From the human T2T-CHM13v2.0 reference genome, Homo sapiens: 64,000 bases of DNA. The translations under genes and the position numbers were made by a program. The notes under the pieces are model-generated. The model saw nothing but the letters and a program-made list of their open reading frames with translations, ran no database searches and was not told the origin of the DNA. Location of the stretch: NCBI RefSeq assembly GCF_009914755.1, contig NC_060926.1. One strand, 5' to 3'. Positions 47,107 through 61,148 of the stretch are shown here, piece after piece (within the stretch, counting starts at the first letter, position 1; each line of letters begins with the position of its first letter).

Positions 47107-47397
47107 AGGATTATTTATTTTAGCCAAATAAAATTTCAGATTGTTCTAATACAGTAAGGTTTCAAACACATAAAGTACTTATGTACAGGTCAAATTTTCC
47201 ACATGTGTCCAAAGGCCATAATAAGTAGAAATGGACTTTAACTGCAGAAAAAAAGTATTAGGTAAAAATACATAAAAATAACTTTCTGAATGTTAGGATT
47301 TTAAGTTTTGGCAAAGAGATACCAAATAAAGGAACAGAAACTAGTACTCCAATTTTTTTAAGAAAATGGGAGGGATGATTTAGTCATAAAATCTGTC
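47107..47397 (+). repeat. Diverged direct duplicate of 46339-46632
   Basis: Collinear over ~290 bp; includes an identical 25-mer ttagccaaataaaatttcagattgt. Confidence 0.85.
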
Positions 47398-47573
47398 AGT
47401 ATTTCAATGATAGCGATTTTTCAAATTTTTACAAGGCAGGGAATCCTAGTTCTGTCTTTGTACTTTGGAAATGTCATGAAGATGTTATAAATCAGAAGTA
47501 AGGTTGTGGAGTTAACTTGCTGGTGTTAATAGCCCAAAGTTAGCTTAGGGGTTTGCACATCTAGCCTCTTTGA

Positions 47574-48056
<483 letters not shown>

Positions 48057-49470
48057 TTATTTTATTTTATTTTTTCATTTAATGTAGTTACTTTACTTTT
48101 TTGTTGTTAATTTTTTTAATTTCCATAGGTTATTGGGGAACAGCTGGTGTTTGGTTACATGAATAAGTTCATTAGTGGTGATTTGTGAGATTTTAGTGCA
48201 CCCATCACCCCAGCAGCATACACTGCACCCTATTTGTAGTCTTTTATCCTTCACTTCCTTCTCACCTTTTCTTTTGAGTCCCCAAAGCCCATTGTGTAAT
48301 TCTTATGCCTTTGCATTCTCATAGCTTAGCTCCCACTTATGAGTGAAAACATACGATGTTTTCTTTTCCATTCCTGAGTTACTTCACTTAAAATAATAGT
48401 CTCCAATCTCATCCAGGTTGCTGCAAAGGCCATTAATTCATTCCTTTTCATGGCTGAGTAGTATTCCATTGTATGTATACACCACGGTTCCTTTATCCAC
48501 TCGTTGACTGATGAGCATTTGGGTTGGTTCCACATTTTTGCAATTGTGAATGGTGCTGCTAAAAACATGTGTGTGCAAGTATGTTTTTGGTTTAATGACT
48601 TCTTTTCCTCTGGGTAGATACCCAGTAGTGGGATTGCTGGATCAAATGGTAGTTCCACTTTTAATTCTTTAAAAAATCTCCACACTGTTTTGCATACTGG
48701 TTGTACTAGTTTACATTCCCACGAGCAGTGTAGAAGTGTTCCCTGTTCACCAAATCCCGGCCAACATCTACTCTATTTTTTGATTTTTTGATTATGGTTA
48801 TTCTTGCAGGAGTAAGGTGGTATCGCATTGTGGTTTTGATTTGCATTTCCTTGATCGTTAGTGATGTTGAGCATTTTTTCATGTTTGTTGGCCATTCGTA
48901 TATCTTCTTTCGAGAATTGTCTATTCATGTCCTTAGCCCACTTTTTGATGGGATTGTTGGTTTTTTCTTGTTGATTTGCTTGAGTTCATTGTAGATTCTG
49001 GATATTAGTCCTTTGTCAGACATATAGATTGTGAAGATTTTTTCCTACTCTGTGGGCTGTCTGTTTACTCCGCTGACTGTTCCTATTGTCATGCAAAAGC
49101 TCTTTAGTTTAATTAACTCTTAGCAATTTATCTTTGTTTTTATTGCATTTGCTTTTGGATTATTGGTCATGAAATCCTTGCCTAGGCCAATGTCTAGAAG
49201 GGCTTTTCCAATGCTATCTTCTAGAATTTTTATAGCTTCAGGTCTTAGATTTAAGTCCTTAATCAGCCTTGAATTGATTTTGGTATAAGGTGAGAGATGA
49301 GGATCCAGTTTCATTCTCCTACGTATGACTAGCCAATTATCCCAGCAACATTTGTTGAGAAGGGTGTCCTTTCCCCACTTTATGTTTTTGTTTGCTTTGA
49401 AGATCGGTTGGCTGTAAGTATTTGGGTTTATTTCTGGGTTCTCTATTCTGCTCCATTGATCTATGTGCCG

Positions 49471-49790
49471 TTTGTTTGTTTGTTTGTTTGTTTGTTTGTT
49501 TGTTTGTTTTTGAGATAGAGTCTCGCTCTGTCACCCAGGCTGGAGTGCAGTGGCATGATTTCTGCTCGCTGCAACCTCTGCCTCCCACGTTCAAGTGATT
49601 CTCCTGCCTCAGGCTCCTGAGTAACTGGGATTATAGGTGTGTGCCACCATGCCTGGCTAATTTTTGTATTTTTATTAGAGACAGGATTTCACCATGTTGG
49701 TCATGCTGGTCTCAAACTCCTGACCTAGTGATCTTCCGGCCTTGGCCTCCCAAAGTGCTGGGATTACAGGCATGAGCCACCCCCCCGGCC
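49471..49790 (-). mobile_element. AluS inserted in L1 ORF2, (TTTG)n tail
   Basis: TSD tatgtgcc on both flanks. Confidence 0.95.
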
Positions 49791-52428
49791 TATGTGCCTA
49801 TTTTTATACCAATACCATTTTGGTGACCATGGCCTTACTTATAGTTTGAAATCAGTTAATGTGATGCCTCCAGATTCGTTCTTTTTGTTGTCTTGCTTTG
49901 GCTATGTGGGCTCTTTTTTGGTTCCATATGAATTTTAGAATTGCTTTTTCTAATTTTGTGAAGAATGATGGTGGTATTTTGATGGGAATTGTGTTGAATT
50001 TGTAGATTGCTTTGGGCAGTATGGTCAGTTTCACAATATTGATTTTACTCATCCATGAGTATGGGATGTGTTTCCGTTTGTTTGTGTCATCTATGATTTC
50101 TTTCAGCAGTGTTTTATAGTTTTCCTTGTAGAAGTCTTTCACCTCCTTGGTTAGGTATGTTCCTAAGAATTTTATTTTATTTTATTTTTTGCAGCTATTG
50201 TAAAAGAGGTTGGGTTATTGATTTGATTCTCAGCTTGGTCACTGTTGGCTTACAGAAGAGCTATTGATTTCTGTACATTAATTTTGTATCTGGAAACTTT
50301 GCTGAATTCCTTTATCTGTTCTAACAGCTTTCTGTAGGAGTCTTTAGGGTTTTCTAGGTAAACAATCATATCATCAGCAAAGAGCAACAGTTTGACTTCC
50401 TCTTTACCAATTTGGATGCCCTTTATTTCTTTCTCTCGTCTGATTGCTCTGGCTAGGACTTCCAGTACTATGCTGAAGAGGAGTGGTGAGAGTGGGCATC
50501 CTCACCTTGTTCCAGTTCTCAGAGGGAATGCTTTCAAGTTTTCTCCGTTCAGTATTATACTGGCTGTGGGTTTGTCATAGATGGCTTTTATTACATTAAG
50601 ATATGTCCCTTGTATGCCAATTTTGCTGAGAGTTTTAATCATAAAGCGATGCTGGATGTTGTCGAATGCTTTTTCTGCATCTATTGAGATGGTCATGTGA
50701 TTTTTGCTTTTAACTCTGTTTATGTGGTGTATCACATTTATTGACTTGCATATGTTAAACCATCCTTGCATCCCTGGTATGAAACCCACTTGATCATGGT
50801 GGATTATCTTTTTGATATGTTGTTGGATTCAGTTAGCTAGTACTTGGTTAAGGATTTTAGCATCTATGTTCATCAGGGATATTGGCCTGTAGTTTTCTTT
50901 TTTGGTTATGTCCTTTCCTGGTTTTGGTATTAGGGTGATACTGGCTTCATAGAATGATTTAGGGAGGGTTCCCTCTTTCTCTAGCTTGTGGAATACTGTC
51001 AATAGAATTGGTACCAATTCTTCTTTGAATGTTTGGTAGAATGCTGCTGTGAATCCGTATGGTCCTGGACTTTTTTTTTGTTGGCAATTTTTAAATTACC
51101 ATTTCAATCTCATTGCTTGTTATCAGTATGTTTAGGGTATCTAATTCATCCTCATTTAAGCTAGGAGGGTTGTATCTTTCCAGGAATTTATCCATCTCAT
51201 TTAGGTTTTCCAGCTTATGCACATAAAGGTGTTCATAGTAGCCTTGAATAATCTTTTGTATTTCTGTGGTATCAGTTGTAGTATCTCTGTTTCATTTCTC
51301 ATTGAGCTTATTTGAATTTTCACTCTTCTTTTCCTGGTTAATCTTGCTAATGGTCTATCAATTTTATTTATCTTTTCAAAGAACCAGCTTTTCGTTTTAT
51401 TTATTTTTTGTTTGTTTGTTTGTTTGTTTGTTTGAATTTCATTTAGTTCTGCTCTGATCTTGGTTATTTCCTTTCTTCTGCTGGGTTTGGGTTTGGTTGT
51501 TCTTGTTTCTCTAGTTGCTTGAGGTGTGACCTTAGATTGTCTGTTTGTGCTCTTTCAGACCTTTTGATGTAGGCGTTTAGGGCTATGAACTTTCCTCTTA
51601 GCACTGCCTTTGCTGTGTCCCAGAGATTTTGATAGGTTGTGTCACTATTGTGGTTCAGTTCAAAGAATTTTTAAATTTCCATCTTGATTTCATTTTTGAC
51701 CCAATGATCATTCAGGAGCAAGTTATTTAACTTCCATGTATTTGCATGGTTTTAGAGGTTCTTTTTGGGGTTGATTTCCAGTTTTATTCTACTGTGGTCT
51801 GAGAGAGTGCTTGATATGATTTCAATTTTCTTAAATTTATTGAGGCTTGTTTTACGGCCTATCATACGGTCTATCCTGGAGAAAGTTCCATGCGCTGTTG
51901 AATAGAATGTATATGCTGGGGTTGTTGGATGCAATGTTCTGTATACATCTGTTAAGTGCATTTGTTCCAGGGTATAGTTTAAATTCATTGTTTCTTTTGT
52001 TGACTTTCTGTCTTGATGACCTGTCTAGTGCTGTCAGTGGAGTATTGAAGTCCCCTAACTATTATTGTGTTGCTGTCTGTCTCATTTCTTCAGTGTGTTA
52101 GTAATTGTTTTATAAATTTGGGAGCTCCAGTGTTAGGTGCATATGTGTTTAGGATTGTGATATTTTCCTTTTGGACAAGGCCTTTATCATTATACAACGT
52201 CCCTTTTTGTCTTTTTTAACTGCTGTTGCTTTAAAGTTTGTTTTGTCTGATATAAGAATAGCTACTCCTGCTCACTTTTGGTGTCCATTTGCATGAAATG
52301 TCTTTTTCCACCACTTTACCTTAAGTTTGTGCGAGTCCTTTTGTGTTAGGTAAGTCTCCTGAAGGCAGCAGATGGTTGTTGAATTCCTACCCATTCTGCA
52401 ATTCCATATCTTTTAAGTGGAGCATTGA

Positions 52429-52865
<437 letters not shown>

Positions 52866-55800
52866 GTTTTTGTTTTTTAAATTGTATTTTTGTTTTATAG
52901 GTCCTGTGAGATTTATGCTTTAAAGAGGTTCTGTTTTGATGTGTTTCCAGGATTCGTTTCATGGTTTAGAGCTCCTTTTAGCAGTTTTTGTAGTGGTGGC
53001 TTGTTAGTGGTGAACTCTCTAAGCATTTGTTTGTCTGAAAAAGACTGTGTCTTTCCTTCATATATGAAGCTTAGTTTCACTGGATACAAAATTCTTGGCT
53101 GATAATTGTTTTGTTTGAGGAGGCTGAAGATAAGGACCCCAATCCCTTCTAGCCTGTAGGATTTCTGCTGAGAAATCTGCTGTTAATCTTATAGGCTTTC
53201 CTTTATAGGTTACCTGGTGCTTTTGTCTCACAGTTCTTAGGATTCTTTCCTCTGTCTTAACTTTAGATAATCTGAGGACAATATGCCTAGGTGATGATCT
53301 TTTTGCGATGAATTTCCCAGGTATTTTTGTGTTTCTTGTATTTGGCTATCTAGGTCTCTAGCAAGGCTGGGGAAGTTTTCCTCAATTATTCCTCCAAATA
53401 AGTTTTCTAAACTTTTAGATTTCTATTCTTCCTCAGGAACACAAATTATTCTTAGGTTTGGTTGTTTAACATAATCCCATATTTCTTGGAAGCTTTGTTC
53501 ATATTTTCTTATTCTTTTCTCTTTGTCTTTGTTAGATTGGGTTAATTTGAAGACCTTGTCTTCAACCTCTGAATTTCTTTATTCTACTTGTTCAATTGTA
53601 TTGCTAAGACTTTCCAGAGCATTTTGCATTTTAAAAGTGTGTCCATTATTTTGTGAAGTTTTGAATGTTTTTTATTTATTCCATCTATTTCCTTGAATAT
53701 TTCTCCCTTCACTTCTTGTATCATTTTTTGGATTTCCTTGCATTGGGCTTAGCCTTTCTCTGGTCCCTCACTGATTAGCTTAATAACTAACCTCCTAAAT
53801 TCTTTTTCAGGTAAATCAGGGATTTCTTCGTGGTTTGGGTCCATTGCTGGTGAGCTAGTGTGATTTTGGGGGAATGTTAAAGAACCTCATTTGTCGTATT
53901 ACCAGAGTCGGTTTTCTGGTTTCTTCCCATTTGGGTGGTTTCTGTCAGATGAAAGGTCTAAGGCTAAAGGCTGTTGTTCAGATTATTTTGTCCCACAGGG
54001 TGTTCCCTTGATGTAGTAGTCTCCCCCGTTTCCTATGGATGTGTCTTTCTGAGAGCCAAGCTGTAGTGATTGTTTTCTTGCTTTTGGATCTAGCCACCCA
54101 GCAAGTTTACCAGGCTCTAGGCTGGTACTGGGGATTGTCTGCACAGAGTCCTGTGATGTGAACTGTCTGTGGGTCTCTCAGCCATGGATAACAGCACCTG
54201 TTCTGATGGAAGTGGCAGGGGGGTGAAATGGACTCTGTAAGGGTCCTTAGCTTTGGTTGTTTAATGCACTATTTTTGTGCTGGCTGGCCTCCTGCCAGGA
54301 GATGGCACTTTCCAGAGAGCATCAGCTGTGGTAGTAAGGTGGGGAACAGGTGGTGGGCAGGGCCTTAGAACTCCCAAGAGTATATGCCCTTTGTCTTTGG
54401 TGGGTAGGGAAGGACCACCGGGTGGGGGTAGAGCTAGGCATGTCTGAGCTCAGACTCTCCTTGGGTGGGTCTTGCTGCGGCTGCTGTTGGGGATGGGGGT
54501 GAGGTTCCCAGGTCAATGCAGTTATAGCCCTCGGAGGATTACGACTGTCTTTACTATGTCATGAAAGTTGTTAGGGAAGTGGGGGAAAGCCAGCAGTCAC
54601 AGGCCTCACCCAGCTCCCACACAATCTGAAAGGCCAGTCTCACTCCCACCATGCTCCCCACAACAACATCAAGTCTGTTTCCAGGCAGTGGGTGAGCAGG
54701 GCCACATACCCAGCTGCAGAAGCAAATATGGCTTTCCTTCTTCCTCTGCCTGTGGAGTCTGCACACCGGCTTCACGCCCTCCCCAAGTTCTGGCCAGGAG
54801 GCCTCTCAATCAGTTCAAAGTGTTACAAAGTTCTGCTGGAGATTTCCTTCTCCCTGTGGCCTTTTCCCATCACCTCTGGCCACCCTCCCAAAGGACCCCT
54901 GTGAGGCCAGGCAAAAACAGCTTGCTAGGGGACTCACAGAGCTGCCATGGCTTTTCCTGCTGTTTCCTCTACCCCTGTATTTCTCTCGACTCTCTAAATT
55001 GACTCAACTCCAGGTAAGGTCAAAATCTTCTGTAACCTAGGACTTCCATTTCCCCAGTGGGGGTGTGTGTTCAGAGGTGGATGATCTCCCTTTCCCAGTT
55101 CTACAGTTTGGACACTCACAGTATATGGGGTGTCTCCTGGGTCCTTCAGGAGCATTCTGATTCCTTCAGGGTGGGTCCTCTCAGGTTTTCTGATTTGTTT
55201 CTGCAGTTGTTTTGGAGCAAAAATTCAGTGTGAACCTCCAAACACTGCTCTGTCTGTCCAAGTGGGAGCTGTAATCTAGTCCTGCCTCCCATCTGCCATG
55301 ATCCCCCCTCCTATTCATCTATTTTATTAAGTATTGATCAAATATATAACACTAAATTGGAGTTGAGAGAAAGCAAAAGAATGCTATATAGACTTTGACA
55401 GTTGTTGCAAGGGCTCAGTGGTTGACAGAAAGGTACTAGAAGGCACAAAGAACAAAGTTCCTTTAATATCGGTAAAAGCTACAAGAACGTAACTATATTA
55501 AGATGACCAATCACTGCCAAATGAAATCAGCTAACAAGGGTATGAATCATTTTGGGTCCTTCTAGAAGCTCCTTTTGCCATTTTCAGGAAGGTTTTAACC
55601 TCCAGCACCACCCAGTTGTTCTGTAGTCTCTGACTGTTGGACTGTCTGACTTACTAGGTGCAAGTGACTGACTGGTGAGCACCTAAGCACTTTGCCACTG
55701 AAAGTATGTTGTGATCCACAATCTGCATTTTAACATCTCCAGATTTATTTGCACATGAAAGTCTGAGAAGCATTTCCCTGATACACTTCTAAGTGCTTAC

Positions 55801-56146
55801 CTGGGAAATGAGTGAATTTAAGGTCAGTTCTCATAGAGTCATTTCCCCAGGTGACCTCCACCTCCTCCCCAAGCAGGACTAGGCTGTAAAGTCTGCTGAG
55901 TGTCATCTTGGCAGTCCTTGTTCTTGAAGAGCACGAAATCTTGTTAAGGAGAAGAAACTTGCCTAAAATAACCCAGTGTCAAAGTTACTGATTTGGTAAC
56001 AAACATATGATTATTAACATGAGAAATACAGAAAATAGTACCCTAGAAGTTCAAATAAAAGGTACAAGTTTATAGGTAAAAGCTGACACAGATTTTGTTT
56101 TTTAAAGTCCTTTCTGAAGAATAGAAACTCAATTCAGGCTCTAAAG

Positions 56147-56321
56147 CAGTGGTTCTAACTTGAGCATGCATCAGAATTATCTGGCGCCCCACCCCAGAGT
56201 TTTCTATGCAGTTAATTCTGAGATGGGGGCTGAGAATTTGCGTTTCTAACAACTTCTCAACCTCACCTCCACCTGCTCTGCTGATGCTGCCAGTGCAGGG
56301 ACCACACTCTGAGAACCCCTG
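56147..56321. mobile_element. MER5A-like hAT MITE
   Basis: TIRs cagtggttct...gagaacccctg; flanks ctctaaag/ttccaaag. Confidence 0.85.
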
Positions 56322-56329
56322 TTCCAAAG

Positions 56330-56541
56330 CAGTGGTTTTCAAACAGGGGTGGGGCAAGCAACATTGCTCCCAGGGGACATTTGGCAGTGTCTGCAGATAT
56401 TTTCGGTGGTCACAAAGTGTGGGTGGGGGAACTACTGGCATCTGGTGGATGAAAGACACATTCTACAATGTGCAGGACATCCCTCCACAACAAAAGATTA
56501 TCTGGCCCAAAATGTCAGTCTGCTGAGATTGAGAAACACTG
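56330..56541 (+). mobile_element. MER20-like hAT MITE
   Basis: cagtggttttcaa...ccaggggacatttggca...tctggcccaaaatgtca...tgagaaacactg. Confidence 0.9.
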
Positions 56542-56549
56542 CTCTAAAG

Positions 56550-56719
56550 CTCAACCTTGGCTGCCCATCAGAAACACCTGGGAAGACTTTAGACATCCTG
56601 ATATCCAAACTGTACACCAGATCATTTAAACCAGAATCTCCAGGATTAGAACCTAGGTGATAAAAGTTTTTAAAGCTCCCCAGATAATTCTAACATGTAG
56701 CTGAAGCTGATGAGAATTC
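56550..56719. mobile_element. MER5B/MER5A-like hAT MITE
   Basis: ctcaaccttggctgcccatcagaaacacctggga...aagctccccagataattctaac. Confidence 0.8.
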
Positions 56720-56769
56720 TTCTAAAGAATGGAAAATGTGTAAACAGACAAAACAGTTGAAAATCGTGC

Positions 56770-57428
56770 TGGTTAAAATATTTGCTTCCAGATTCACTCT
56801 CCATTTTTCTTTATTCTCTTCCAGTCTCCACGAGGCTGTCCAGAAACCAGATTACCCAGGGGCTGGCTCCCTTGCCCTCTGGCTTCTGGTTGGACTCAGC
56901 CAATAATAGGTACCACCTGGACATTGAAGGTGGAAAGGGAGAGATAACAGGTTATTATTTTTCCCACTTCCTCTGTGTGTTGCCATAATTCTGGCAGTAG
57001 TTTTGTTTCTCTATAGCTACATCTATTTGGGGGTAGCTGTTTATTTATTGCTTTAGCTCTCAATGAGGTTCTGGCCACTCCTTATTCTCCTGTGTCCCTT
57101 CAGGCCTAGGGTGGCAAAAGTTTGCTGCTGCTGCTAGCTAATGTCTTGGTACTTCAATATTCATTATTGATTTCTCAGCTCTGCACACATCTCTGCAAAT
57201 TATCCCTTAACTTAAAAGTCACCTCAAAATTCCAGGTGAATGTGCTGTCTGTTTCCTGTGCAGTCACATGGGGCTCCATGCTCAGAAAGGTCCCATGCTT
57301 GGTTTAATGCTCTTCTGCAACAGTCTTGGAATTCTTAATATATTTGAACAAGAGGCCCTGCATTTTCTTCTTTCAGTGGGCCCTGAAAATTATGTAGTGA
57401 TCCTGTTGCCAGGATTCTGACTGATATA
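56770..57428 (+). mobile_element. LTR33-like solo LTR with MER45A-like hAT-Tip100 element (57255-57404) near its 3' end
   Basis: ctcccttgccctctggcttctggttgg, cccttcaggcctagggtgg (LTR33); gcttggtttaatgctc...ttgaacaagaggccctgcatttt...attatgtag (MER45A). Confidence 0.75.
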
Positions 57429-60400
57429 AAGCTATTCTTGATAGGGAGGAAATGGCATGAATGAGACTTGAAGCTAAAAATGCACTTGCTGATTTGAAGA
57501 ACATTAACTGTGGCTGTTTGTGACCTGGCTGGAAAGGACAACCCATCATCACATCTACTGGTAAACTTATGGTATCCAGAAAAAGCCAAAGGACTCTATT
57601 GCAAGACAGCATCACCTGGCTGCAGAGGTACCTAATTTGCCCTAGATGAGGTCATGGTGCTTGCTGGTTTACAAGTAATCAGTTTTTTGTTGTTGTTGTT
57701 GTTTTTAACCTAGTTTATTGAGGTGTAATTGACAAATAAAATTGTATATATTTAAGGTGTATAATGTAATGATTTGACATACACATACGATGTGAGATAA
57801 TTACCACAATCAGGTTAATTAACACATCTATCACTTCACAGAATTATGATTTTGTGTAGTGACAACACTTGAAATCTACAACACTCAGAAATTTTCAAAT
57901 ATACAATACACTATTGTTAACTATAGTCACCTGTTGTAGATCAGATCTCCAAAATTTATTCATCTTATAACTGAACATTTGTATGCTTTGACCAACATCT
58001 TCTCATTTCCCCCAAACGATAGGATTTTATTCCTTTTTATGACTAAATAATATTTCATCATGTATGTATAAAATTCATTCATCTCTCAACAGACACTTAG
58101 GTTGTTTCCCTGTCTTGACTGTTGTGAATAATTCTGCAATGAACATGGGAGTGCAGATATCTATATTTGACATACAAATTTCATTTTCTTTGGATATACT
58201 TCCATGAGTGGGATTGCTTGATCAATGACAGTTCTATTATTAATTTTTTGAGAAACCTCTATACTGTTTTCATAATGGCTATACCAATTTACATTCCCAC
58301 CAACAGTGCACAAGGTTCTCTTCTCTCCACATCTTCATCAACACTTGTATCTCTTGTCTTTTTTAATAGTAGCCATATTAATAGATGTGAGGTAGTACCT
58401 CATACCTCTATGTGGTTTTGATTTGCATTTCTCTGTTGATCAGTGATATGGAGCACCTTTTCATATACCTATTGGCCATTTGTATTGTTGTTATTTTGTT
58501 TTGTTTTGTTTTGTTTTTTTACTGAGTTGTATGAGTTCTTTATGTATCTTAGATATTAACCCCTTACTGGATATATGGTTTGCAGATATTTTCTTTTATT
58601 TTATAGGTGGCCTTTTACTTGTTTCCTTTGCTGTGCAGAAACTTTTAGTTTGATGTATTTCCACTTGTTTATTTTTACTTTTGTTGCCTATGCTTTTTGT
58701 ATCATATCCAAAAAATCACTGCCAAGATCATTGTCAAGAAGGTTTTCTCCTATGTTTTTGTCTATGAGTTTTATAGATTCAGGTCTTATGTTTAAGTCTT
58801 TTATCTATCTTGAGTTAATTTTTGTGAGTGTTATTAGATAGGGGTCCGATTTCATTTTTTTACATGTGGACATTACAGTTTTCTCAACACAACACCATTT
58901 GTTGAAAAGACCATCCTTTCCCCTTGTTATTCTTGATACCCTTATCAAATATTATTTGACCATATATGCATAAGTTTATTTCTGGGCTATTATTCCATTG
59001 GCATATGAACAGGATTTATTCCAGGATAAATATGGAATAACTTTATTTTTGATTATTTTGAGTGTCTGATTTTATGCCAGTAAGATATTGCTTTTATTAC
59101 TACAGCTTTGTAATACAGTTTGAAAGCAAGAAGTGTGATGATGCCTCCAGTTTTATTCCTTCTCGAGATTTCTTTGGCTATTCAGGGTCTTTCTTGATTC
59201 CATATGAACTTTAAAATTGTTTGTTCTATTTCTGCAAAAAAAATGCCATTGAAATTTTGATAGGGATTCTATTGAATCTATAGAAAACTTGGGGTGGTAT
59301 GGGCATTTTAACAGTACTAATTCTTCCAACCCATGAACATGGGATATCTTTCCATTTAATTGTGCCTTCATCAATTTCTTCCATCAATATATTATAGTTT
59401 TCAGTGCATATATCTCTCATTTCCTTAAATTTTTTCTTAAGTATTTTATGTTTTGATGCTATTATAAATGGAATTCTTTTCTTTATACCTTTTTCAGATA
59501 TTTTTGTCATTAATGTGTAGAAATTCAACGATTTTGTATATTGATTTTGTATCCTGCAACTTTACTGAATTCATTTATTAATTTTAGTTTAGTTTTAGAT
59601 ACTAAGGTTGTTTGGTATGGTCTTTAGGATTTCCTATATATAAAATCATGTTATCTGTAAACAGAATAATTTTACTTCTTCCTTTCTGATTTGGATGCCT
59701 TTTATTTCTTTTCCTTGCCTAATTTCTCTGGCTAGAACTTCCAGTACTATGTTGAATAGAATTGGTGAGAGTGAGCACTCTTGTCCTATTCCTGATCTTA
59801 AAGGAAAAGGTTTTAGTTTTTCATAGTTGAGTATATAATATTATCTGTGAGTTTTACATGTATGGCCTTTTTATGTTAAGGTGCATTATTTTTATATCAA
59901 TTTGTTGAGAGGTTTTATCATAAAAAGATGTTGAATATTGTCAATGCTTTTTATGCATGTATTGAGATAATCATGCTTTTTATCCATCATTTTGTTAATA
60001 TGGTGTATCACATTTATTGATTTGTGCATGATGAAGCATCCTTGCATTATGGGGATAAGTCTCACATGATCATGCTGTATGATTCTTCTAATGTGCTGTT
60101 GAATTTGGTTGCTAGTATTTTGTCAAAATTTTTGGCATCTATGTTCATCAGGGATATTGACCTGTACTTTTCTTTTCTTGTAATGTCTTTATCTAGCTTT
60201 ATTATGGGGATAATACTGGCCTCATAAAATGAGGTTGAAACTGTTTCTTCCTCTTCAATTTTTTAAGAGAAGTGAAGAACACTTAGCATCAACTATTCTT
60301 TAAATTTTGGTAGAAATCACCAGTGAAGACTTATGCTCCTGGGCTTTGGCCTGTTGGGAGGTTTTTGATAACCAATTCAATCTTCTTATTTGTTATTGGT

Positions 60401-60817
60401 CTGTTCAGGCTTTCTATTTTTTTCATGATTCTGATTCAGTATCCATAGATCATATGTTTCTAAGAATTTATCCATTTCTTCTAGGTTATACAATTCATTG
60501 GTATATAGTTGTCCATAGTAGTCCTTTTTGTATTTCTGTGGTATCATTTGTAATGTCTCCTCTTTGTTCTTTTTATTTATTTGAGTCATCCCTTTTTTTG
60601 GTTAGTCTAGCTAAAGGTGTATCAATTTTGTTTATTTTTGTTAAAACTAACTCTTCGTTTTATTCTTTTTCATTGTTTCTCTTTTTTTGTGTTATTTATT
60701 TTAGCACTAATCTTTATTATTTTCTTTCTTCTGCTAACTTTGGGCTTGGTTTGTTCTTGTTTTGCTAGTTCCTTAAAGTGTAGATTATTTATTTGATATC
60801 TTTCTTTTTAAATATAG

Positions 60818-61148
<331 letters not shown>

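Noticed and set aside
48326-51988. L1 ORF2 peptides as a functional CDS
   Set aside because: Broken by many stops, frameshifts and an Alu insertion
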